Shown here: positions 25,269 through 32,000 of the stretch, in pieces | How positions within the stretch are numbered: position 1 is the first letter of the stretch | Layout: each line of letters starts with the position of its first letter | Origin: Okeania sp. | Lineage (GTDB): Bacteria; Cyanobacteriota; Cyanobacteriia; Cyanobacteriales; Microcoleaceae | Length of the DNA stretch: 32,000 nt | Direction: 5' to 3' | Assembly: GCF_035285525.1 (NCBI RefSeq) | Contig: NZ_JAYKGW010000050.1 | Span: 10,288-42,287, forward strand | Notes under the pieces: model-generated | Seen by the model: the letters and a program-made list of their open reading frames with translations, nothing else | Told to the model about the DNA's origin: nothing | Database searches by the model: none | Made by a program: the position numbers and the translations under genes

Positions 25269-26981
25269 TCAAAACTTACGTTCAATTTTCAAAGGTTGAC
25301 CAGGAGAAAGTTGTTTAATTTCCGGCGTTAAATCGTGCCATTGCTGTAATTGACCAGCTTGAAAAGTGCGACTCATTACTACATAAATAGAGGTTTGGTC
25401 ACAACCAATACCCCCATTAATTACATTTAACCAAGACTGGGTAAAAAGTTCATCCTTAATATGCCAAATTCCATCTTTATATGTGAAATTTCGGGTGAAA
25501 TAAAAAGGTGTATCTTGTTTGCCAGTAATCAGAATTTTTTGTAATATTTTTCTAATTAAATTGGGGAAAAAACGCCCAAAAGTTAACATTACTAATCTGA
25601 GAATTATTAATTTTAAAGGTGACATTTGAGTTTGTTTTGCCCAACCCATATTACCAGAAATAGTTATTTCGTCCTGAGATACTTTCACATCATAATCACT
25701 GCTTAAATGACTAACTGCATTTAAAACTTTTTTCCCTTTTGTAACTTGGAGGGATAAATGAGTATCAGAAGCAACTAATTTTTGGTCACGAAATAACTTA
25801 AAAACACCACCTTTATTCAAACTTACATATAATTCTGTTTCTGGTCGTCTTTTAATCAAAATTTCAGCTTCTTTTAACCAAAGACTAGCAACATCGCGAT
25901 TAATATCAACAGGTCTTTCTGTAACAAAATCTCGCCATGCTAACAAATAATTCCAAGTATGATGACCAATAATATGATCGTCAGCATAACAAGGGGCTAA
26001 ACCATTTTTTAAACCTATTAAAAATTGGTCATTAATCGACAAAGCAGCAGGGAACCATTGACCAACTAACTCAAATCCATGAGGGAAAAAGTTATAGGTA
26101 TTACGACTAGCATATTCTCCGCCAAAAGAACCATCAGGATGAACAAATTGACCAGCTAGTTCGACTGCTTTAATAATAATATCTTTTAATTTTTCACTAG
26201 GATTTAATTCATAAATTCTGGCTAAACAAGATATTGTGAGAGTATGATAACCAGGGTCAAAACCAGAATATTCTGTAAACCATCCTTCCTGACTCTGCCA
26301 ACTTAATAATCTTTCCAGACGACTTGCTTTTGCTTTATCCCACTTTGAGGTTTCTAATAATATACTTAATAATTCTAGACACAAAACAATTAATGCTTCA
26401 TGGTTAGCCAATTTACCACTTTCATAATGATTAACTAACCAGTTAGCTCGTTTTTCAAAAAAACTGAGAATTGCGTAATTATTTAATCCTAATATTTGAT
26501 AACTTTCAACACTAGCTAATAAAGAAAAAGCTGTAGCTCCACTAGCTTTTTCAAAGGGAAAATAATCATCACAAGAACCATCAGCATGAGCAGTATTGGC
26601 AGCATATAAAATTCCTGCTTCTACCCATTCCTTGATCATTTCCTGAAGATAATATGGATTATTAGGAATTTCTAAAATATAAGCTAAGGCTAGAGGTAAG
26701 ACAAATTCTTGAGCCATACCACTAGGAAAATCTATTATTTTATAATGCCAAAAATTGCGGTCGAAACAGCCGTAGGTAGGACTATGTAAATTACGATCTA
26801 ACAAAGTTAAAATTTTGGGGATTTGAGCTAATGCTTCTTCAGCAAATAAGTCTCTCATCTCAATATTTTCCATCTGAGTTATATCATTTTTACTGGATGA
26901 TAAATGAGATTCTGTATTTGATAAATCAGTTTGATTAGTTATAGGTGGTTCTTGATTTTGCATATTTTCTTTGATTAGCAA
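25269..26981 (-). CDS. Hypothetical protein (helical N-terminal two-thirds, beta-rich C-terminal third); possibly glycan-active, function unknown
   Basis: It is a long clean ORF. The track start at 26981 is TTG, and the first ATG is at 26963 (MQNQEPP...). Motifs such as PTYGCFDRNFWHYKIIDF and W/Y/H-rich helical repeats suggest an alpha/alpha-toroid-type fold. That is inference only. Confidence 0.75.
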   Translation of the reverse strand: MLIKENMQNQEPPITNQTDLSNTESHLSSSKNDITQMENIEMRDLFAEEALAQIPKILTLLDRNLHSPTYGCFDRNFWHYKIIDFPSGMAQEFVLPLALAYILEIPNNPYYLQEMIKEWVEAGILYAANTAHADGSCDDYFPFEKASGATAFSLLASVESYQILGLNNYAILSFFEKRANWLVNHYESGKLANHEALIVLCLELLSILLETSKWDKAKASRLERLLSWQSQEGWFTEYSGFDPGYHTLTISCLARIYELNPSEKLKDIIIKAVELAGQFVHPDGSFGGEYASRNTYNFFPHGFELVGQWFPAALSINDQFLIGLKNGLAPCYADDHIIGHHTWNYLLAWRDFVTERPVDINRDVASLWLKEAEILIKRRPETELYVSLNKGGVFKLFRDQKLVASDTHLSLQVTKGKKVLNAVSHLSSDYDVKVSQDEITISGNMGWAKQTQMSPLKLIILRLVMLTFGRFFPNLIRKILQKILITGKQDTPFYFTRNFTYKDGIWHIKDELFTQSWLNVINGGIGCDQTSIYVVMSRTFQAGQLQQWHDLTPEIKQLSPGQPLKIERKF

Positions 26982-27053
26982 TCCTAAATAGATTGTCAGA
27001 TTTTATCCTAGAGGGTTGGTTTCTAAATCCGATTTATGCTAGGGTTTGGAAAC

Positions 27054-27250
27054 CATTCTGCATCGTCAGCATTTAGCGGTCAGCTATTTATTTTACTTTC
27101 AGATAAAAGCTTTATTATACGGTTCCCGATAAATCAACAATTTTATCTGATACAAAATTCAACTTTCACTTTCTTTATTCGCTTAAATATCTTCCTTGAG
27201 ATTAAGCTTTTTATTGCTGAAGTGCTGAGGTACTAATAGCTGAATACTTA
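27054..27250. mobile_element. Degenerate family B element inserted into a family C palindrome
   Basis: The right end ctaatagctgaatacttac (27232-27250) is clear. The left end is decayed (gtcagcatttagcggtcagctattt, from 27064). The element is flanked by ctagggtttggaaacc (27038-53) and gggtttggtttccaagcccctacag (27251-75), which are the two halves of a C-type palindrome. Confidence 0.5.
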
Positions 27251-27443
27251 CGGGTTTGGTTTCCAAGCCCCTACAGTTTAGTTTTCTATCACAAATCATT
27301 TAAAATTAATTATAGTTAGGGGAATTATAATAGAGGATATATGAGTAAAACATATCTCTATCATTTTTATCTTTTTTTTTTGAATATTTACTCCTTCTCT
27401 CCTAATATCAGCAAATTTTTCTTCCTCCTTCCTTTTGCTTTAC

Positions 27444-28385
27444 TTAATTGCAATCTTGCCTACGCATTCTCACTTGAATTTCTTCCATAATTCTCCGATT
27501 TGCTGCCATTAAATCTGCAATTAAACCTAAGATCCATAATTGAAATCCAACTAATACTAATATTGTGGCTAAAATCAAAGTAGGTACTCTGGTTTTTTCA
27601 TATCCACTAAAAAAGAAAAATAACCAACGAATACCAGAAATTACTCCGAAAATAAATGGTACACTTCCTAACATTATAAAAAAACGTAGGGGTTTGTAAA
27701 GTAAGAAAATTCTCAGAATAGTAAATAGAGAACGCAATACATAAATAGGGGTACTTCTAACTAACCGAGAAGGTCTAAAAACTCTATTTGTTCTAATAGG
27801 AATAGATGTAATTGTTATACCTTTTTGTCCTGCTTGAATAATGGTTTCTAAGGTATAAGTATAAGAGTTAAATACATTAAGTTGCATCGCAGCTTCTCGA
27901 CTAAAAGCTCGAAACCCACTAGGTGCATCTGGAATATTTGTATTACTGGCTATTCTTACTACCCAACTCCCTAATTTTTGCAGTAATTTTTTACTATAAG
28001 AAAAGTCTTTAGTTTTCCAAATTGGTCTTTCTCCTACGACAATTTCTGCTTGATGCAAAATAATAGGTTGAATTAAATAAGGAATATCATCCGCACAATA
28101 TTGATTATCTGCATCCGTATTAATAATAATATCAGCTCCGGCTTTTAAACTAGCTTCTAAACCTGCCATAAATGCTTTGGCTAAACCTTGGTTGGTCGGA
28201 AAACTAACAATATGATCTACTCCATATTCTTTAGCAACTTCCACTGTTCTATCTTGACTACCATCATTAATTATTAGCCATTCAATAATGTCTATTCCTG
28301 GTAGTTTTCGAGGTAAAGCAGTGAGAGTTACTCCTAAAGATTCTTCTTCGTTATAGCAAGGTATTTGAATAATTAATTTTGTCAT
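27444..28385 (-). CDS. Family-2 glycosyltransferase with C-terminal membrane helices (polyprenyl-phosphate sugar synthase type, GtrB/DPM1-like)
   Basis: Motifs are IQIPCYNEEESL, INDGSQDRT and TDADNQY (DxD). Two C-terminal hydrophobic helices are present (FFIMLGSVPFIFGVISGIRWLFFFF and LILATILVLVGFQLWILGLIADLM). Confidence 0.88.
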   Translation of the reverse strand: MTKLIIQIPCYNEEESLGVTLTALPRKLPGIDIIEWLIINDGSQDRTVEVAKEYGVDHIVSFPTNQGLAKAFMAGLEASLKAGADIIINTDADNQYCADDIPYLIQPIILHQAEIVVGERPIWKTKDFSYSKKLLQKLGSWVVRIASNTNIPDAPSGFRAFSREAAMQLNVFNSYTYTLETIIQAGQKGITITSIPIRTNRVFRPSRLVRSTPIYVLRSLFTILRIFLLYKPLRFFIMLGSVPFIFGVISGIRWLFFFFSGYEKTRVPTLILATILVLVGFQLWILGLIADLMAANRRIMEEIQVRMRRQDCN

Positions 28386-28638
28386 TGGATAGATATTTGT
28401 AAGAGTATTTAGCCGTCAGCTATCAGCTAAATATTTAGCTAGCAATTAAAATTATTGTGGAATACAATATCACTATTTTGTCTTTAAATACAAAAAGCAT
28501 TTGACTTTTTAACCTTGACTGTTGACTTATAGACTAAGATAACAAAAAAATTCTTTTTAACTAATCCTTTTCTTAAAAAGAAGAGCTAATTATTAATTGT
28601 TATAGTGGCTTTCACAAAGGTAGACTACAAAAACTCTT

Positions 28639-28666
28639 CTTTCTTTCTTTCTTTCTTTCTTTCTTT
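28639..28666. repeat. Tetranucleotide microsatellite (CTTT) x7
   Basis: Read directly from the sequence. It lies 254 bp upstream of the GT2 start (minus strand), in the GT2/narB divergent spacer. Confidence 0.95.
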
Positions 28667-28702
28667 ATTCTTCCTGTAAACCCAAATCTCTGTGCTCTAT
28701 CA

Positions 28703-28854
28703 GGACTTACGCAAAGGCACTATATATGGAGTATTGCTCAGTTACGAGATACGCTTTATATGCCGCGTAGCGTTTCGGCGCTTGAGCCGACATATAAAGC
28801 GGAGCTTTCGGAACGCAAAACACAACCTACCAATAGCGTTCATGGCTTTAGTCC
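28703..28854. mobile_element. Family A MITE-like element, 152 bp
   Basis: The ends are ggacttacgca / ggctttagtcc. CA and TA lie outside the ends. It contains the tcggcgcttgagccga hairpin and is collinear with 21698-21956 minus that copy's nested insert. Confidence 0.6.
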
Positions 28855-29297
28855 TATCTATAAAACATGAAAACTTCTATAATTATTCAGAACTTACCAA
28901 AGAATTAATAATTAAATAACTAAATAACTAAATAATTCGCGCCTTAAAGCCTCCCCTTTCAAGGGGAAAAAGCGGTCGTCAGCAGAGCTTCCCGAAGGGT
29001 GAAATGGATGGGTTCCCTAACCATATCTAACCTCCCCTTGAAAAATAAATTTTTTCCTTTTATTCAATCCTATCCGTTTTTAAGGAGAGGTAATTATCAA
29101 TTATCCATTATTGAAACAGCGACCTTAGATATAGTGCTTAAAACCCCATACGCAATAGTTTAAATTATGAAACACGGAATGTGGGCTGAAAAATTTGGAA
29201 AACGTATCCAATATAACAGACAATTTTTCATAGATTCTTGAATAATCAATCAAAATTACAAAGATAAATAAAAAAAATATCTTAATTAAGAGGGGTA

Positions 29298-29327
29298 TTG
29301 ATAAATTAAAGTATTACTCTTTATAAT
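29298..29327 (+). promoter_or_regulatory. Candidate sigma70-type promoter for narB
   Basis: TTGATA (29298-29303), an 18-nt spacer, then TATAAT (29322-29327), 59 nt upstream of the narB ATG. This is a sequence match only, and AT-rich DNA gives many chance matches. Confidence 0.3.
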
Positions 29328-29385
29328 ATTTACAGGTAAATAGCCACCTGATTCCCTCTTCCCTCTTCCCTATAAAAAATAAACT

Positions 29386-31596
29386 ATGGAACCTACAAAA
29401 ACTCTTTGCCCCTATTGTGGTGTTGGTTGCGGATTAGAAGTATCACCACCAGCCAGACCAGGAAAACCAACACATCGAGACAGTGAAGGTAATCCAATTT
29501 GGAAAGTACAAGGCGATCGCTATCATCCATCTAGTCAAGGGAAAGTTTGTGTCAAAGGTGCTACTATCAGTGAAGCATTGGATAAAAGTCGCCTCAAATA
29601 TCCTATGATGCGCGACACCCTAGATCAACCCTTCCATCGTGTCACTTGGGAGAAAGCTTTTGAACGCATTGTTGACCGTATTCAAACTGCACAGTCAACT
29701 AAAGGAGCAGATACAATTTGTATGTATGGTTCCGGTCAACTTCAAACCGAAGATTATTATATTGCCCAAAAATTGCTCAAAGGATATCTGGGAACCAATA
29801 ACTTTGATTCTAACTCCCGCCTCTGTATGTCTTCGGCAGTATCTGGATACATTAAAAGTTTTGGCTCTGACGGTCCTCCCTGTTGCTACGATGACCTGGA
29901 ACAGACAGACTGTGCATTTTTAATAGGCACTAATACAGCAGAATGTCATCCCATTGTCTTCAACCGTTTGCGGGTATATCACAAAAAAAATAAAAAAGTG
30001 AAAATGATAGTGGTAGACCCCCGTCGTACTCAAACCGCAGAAGCAGCAGACTTACATTTGGCAATTAAACCCGGTACAGATATTGATTTAGTTAATGGTA
30101 TAGCTCATCTGCTCATGGGTTGGGGTCGGCTCGATCTAGGGTTCATTGATGAATGTACAACTGGTTTTCCTGAATATGCTGAAGTGATTCGTTACTATAA
30201 ACCAGAACTGGTGGCACGTCATTGTGGGATTCGTTTGGATGATTTGGAAAAAGCTGCTCGTTATTGGGGAGAGTCTAAACGAGTTTTGTCTCTGTGGTCA
30301 ATGGGAATCAATCAATCTTCCGAGGGAACGGCAAAAGTACGGACGCTGATTAATTTGCATTTGATGACAGGTAATATTGGCAAACCAGGTGCAGGTCCGT
30401 TTTCTCTAACTGGTCAACCTAATGCTATGGGTGGTAGAGAAGCAGGGGGATTAGCTCATATTTTGCCTGGTTATCGAGTAGTGAAAAATCCTCAACATCG
30501 AGCTGAAGTTGAACAGTTATGGGGATTAACTCCTGGAAAAATTTCTCCTGTTCCTGGTCGTTCTGCTTGGGAAATGATTACAGGTTTGGAACAAGAGGAA
30601 GTTGAGTGTTTGTGGATTGCTGCTACCAACCCCGCTGTGAGTATGCCAGATTTAGAGCGGACTAAAGCAGCTTTGTTGAAATCGCCTTTTACTATTTATC
30701 AAGATGCTTATTATCCCACCGAAACTGCTGAATATGCTCATTTGTTATTGCCTGCTGCTCAGTGGGGAGAAAAAACCGGTTCGATGACGAACTCGGAGCG
30801 AGTGGTGACTTTATGTCCGGCATTTCGAGAACCTCCAGGAGAGGCGAAAGCAGATTGGGAAATTTTTGTGGAAGTAGGTCGCCGTTTAGGATTTGTGAAT
30901 CAGTTTAATTTTCCTGACTCAGAATCTGTGAGAGCTGAGTTTTTGGAGTTTACACGGAATCGTCCTTGTGATATGACTGGCATTACCTATCAACGACTCC
31001 GAGAACAAGGTCCGACTCAATGGCCTTGCTCTGATAAAAATGGTGTATCTCAGGAACGTTTATATACTGATTTCAAGTTTAATACTTCTGATGGCAGAGC
31101 TAAGTTTGCAGCATATTATTCTAAAGGTTTGGCAGAACCACCTAATCCTGGTTATCCTTTTGTCTTGACAACTGGGCGATTATATGGTCATTGGCACACT
31201 CAAACCCGCACCGCACATATTCAGAAAATTAAGAAAATGCACCCGATGCCTTTTATAGAAATTCATCCCAAGGATGCTCGGAAGTTAGATATTTCCGAAA
31301 ATGATTTGGTGGAAGTGCGATCGCGCCGAGGCTATGGCAAATTTCCAGCCAAAATCACTAAAGCTATTACTCCGGGAACTGTATTTGTACCGATGCACTG
31401 GGGAGCATTGTGGGGAGATGACACAGAAGTAAATGCTTTGACTCATCCTGAAGCTTGTCCTGAGTCTGGGGAACCAGAATTAAAGGCTTGTGCTGTGCAG
31501 TTACAGCGAGTTCAGTTTGAAGAGAATACAGTGTTGGCAACTCATATCAAGCAGCCATCAGATTTTCAACCTATAGAAGTTACAAGTAATTTGTAA
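29386..31596 (+). CDS. narB: Assimilatory ferredoxin-nitrate reductase NarB (molybdopterin oxidoreductase)
   Basis: The N-terminal Fe-S cluster motif is [12 protein letters not shown]...CVKG. Bis-MGD family blocks are present throughout, and the C-terminal molybdopterin-binding domain has HPKDA..L.I...D.VEV.SRRG and FVPMHWG. Length is 736 aa. Confidence 0.96.
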   Translation: MEPTKTLCPYCGVGCGLEVSPPARPGKPTHRDSEGNPIWKVQGDRYHPSSQGKVCVKGATISEALDKSRLKYPMMRDTLDQPFHRVTWEKAFERIVDRIQTAQSTKGADTICMYGSGQLQTEDYYIAQKLLKGYLGTNNFDSNSRLCMSSAVSGYIKSFGSDGPPCCYDDLEQTDCAFLIGTNTAECHPIVFNRLRVYHKKNKKVKMIVVDPRRTQTAEAADLHLAIKPGTDIDLVNGIAHLLMGWGRLDLGFIDECTTGFPEYAEVIRYYKPELVARHCGIRLDDLEKAARYWGESKRVLSLWSMGINQSSEGTAKVRTLINLHLMTGNIGKPGAGPFSLTGQPNAMGGREAGGLAHILPGYRVVKNPQHRAEVEQLWGLTPGKISPVPGRSAWEMITGLEQEEVECLWIAATNPAVSMPDLERTKAALLKSPFTIYQDAYYPTETAEYAHLLLPAAQWGEKTGSMTNSERVVTLCPAFREPPGEAKADWEIFVEVGRRLGFVNQFNFPDSESVRAEFLEFTRNRPCDMTGITYQRLREQGPTQWPCSDKNGVSQERLYTDFKFNTSDGRAKFAAYYSKGLAEPPNPGYPFVLTTGRLYGHWHTQTRTAHIQKIKKMHPMPFIEIHPKDARKLDISENDLVEVRSRRGYGKFPAKITKAITPGTVFVPMHWGALWGDDTEVNALTHPEACPESGEPELKACAVQLQRVQFEENTVLATHIKQPSDFQPIEVTSNL

Positions 31597-31605
31597 TATT
31601 TTCTC

Positions 31606-31632
31606 GTAGGGGTTTGGTCTCCAAACCCCCTA
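31606..31632. repeat. Family C palindrome immediately downstream of narB
   Basis: The stem is ggggtttgg (31609-17), the loop is tct, and the return stem is ccaaacccc (31621-29). It lies 13 nt after the narB stop. No U-tract follows, so a terminator role is uncertain. Confidence 0.7.
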
Positions 31633-32000
31633 AAGTCGGGTAGGGTGTGTTAGGCGCTAGCCGTAACGCACCAGTATTAATTCAAAAATCTCTAAAGTCG
31701 GGTAGGGTGTGTTAGGCGCTAGCCGTAACGCACCAGTATTAATTCAAAAATCCCTAAAGTCGGGTAGGGTGTGTTAGGCGCTAGCCATAACGCACCAGTA
31801 TTAATTCAAAAATCCCTAAAGTCGGGTAGGGTTTGTTAGGCGCTAGCCATAACGCACCAGTATTAATTCAAAAATCCCTAAAGTCGGGTAGGGTGTGTTA
31901 GGCGCTAGCCGTAACGCACCAGTATTAATTCAAAAATCCCTAAAGTCGGGTAGGGTGTGTTAGGCGCTAGCCATAACGCACCAGTATTAATTCAAAAATC
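31631..32000. repeat. 62-bp tandem repeat array, at least 5.9 copies, truncated by the window end
   Basis: Unit starts are 31631, 31693, 31755, 31817, 31879 and 31941, an exact 62-bp phase. The unit is taaagtcgggtagggtgtgttaggcgctagccgtaacgcaccagtattaattcaaaaatccc. Only three variable positions occur among the copies. Confidence 0.95.

Noticed and set aside
27041-27263. 13-bp target-site duplication (gggtttggaaacc / gggtttggtttcc) for the family B copy at 27054-27250.
   Set aside because: The clean B copies make 8-bp duplications. This copy has a decayed left end, so its boundary is uncertain. The similarity may simply reflect the two arms of the family C palindrome it interrupted.
16335-28919. 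Short ORFs located in intergenic repeats: 10871-11086, 16335-16544, 17965-18150, 21838-22065, 22800-22985, 23258-23491, 27036-27236 and 28692-28919.
   Set aside because: All are built from family A, B or D repeat sequence or heptamer arrays. The same DNA recurs in both orientations elsewhere without a conserved frame. ORF 22800-22985 runs through the terminator of the preceding gene.
28938-29045. Molybdenum-cofactor or glutamine riboswitch upstream of narB.
   Set aside because: I could not match the conserved cores of those motifs as I remember them, on either strand. The island is also about 340 nt from the start codon. It is kept only as an unexplained GC-rich island.
31631-32000. Possible CRISPR array, given its regularly spaced palindromic repeats.
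   Set aside because: The whole 62-bp unit repeats nearly identically, so there are no unique spacers. No cas genes or leader are visible. It is a tandem minisatellite, not a CRISPR array.

Overview
This is an AT-rich chromosomal segment from a filamentous, probably heterocyst-forming (Nostocales-type) cyanobacterium. The evidence is about a dozen HIP1 octamers (GCGATCGC), an xisH/xisI pair, narB, and many tandem heptamer (STRR-like) arrays. I support about 19 CDS.

Main gene content:
- A glycan-modification island (1-8375): three TPR-repeat proteins, two of them fused to carbohydrate-active domains (a NodB deacetylase and a DxD glycosyltransferase). They are divergent from a 1157-aa protein made of three tandem GT2 modules. 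The middle catalytic domain of that protein is interrupted by an in-frame 69/90-bp minisatellite.
- mnmE, followed by an xisH-xisI cassette bracketed by 64-bp direct repeats.
- A DUF2062 membrane protein.
- A four-gene sulfide-oxidation cluster: persulfide dioxygenase, membrane rhodanese, TauE exporter and type II SQR.
- An ABCD/YddA-type ABC transporter.
- A small secreted protein.
- An orphan AAA_35/STAND-like NTPase.
- A 570-aa unknown protein next to a GtrB/DPM1-like GT2.
- A solitary narB.

Almost every intergenic spacer is filled with small non-coding repeats from at least four families. Family B (GTAAGCATTCAGC ends) shows clean 8-bp target duplications. Family A (GGACTTAC ends) is mostly flanked by TA and is often nested. 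The window ends inside a 62-bp tandem array downstream of narB.

I saw no rRNA, tRNA, CRISPR array or canonical defence operon. The most system-like candidates for novelty are the TPR-enzyme/triple-GT2 island, the repeat-bracketed xisHI cassette, and the orphan NTPase in MITE-saturated DNA.

All domain calls come from motifs read by eye and remembered family signatures. No database search was run.
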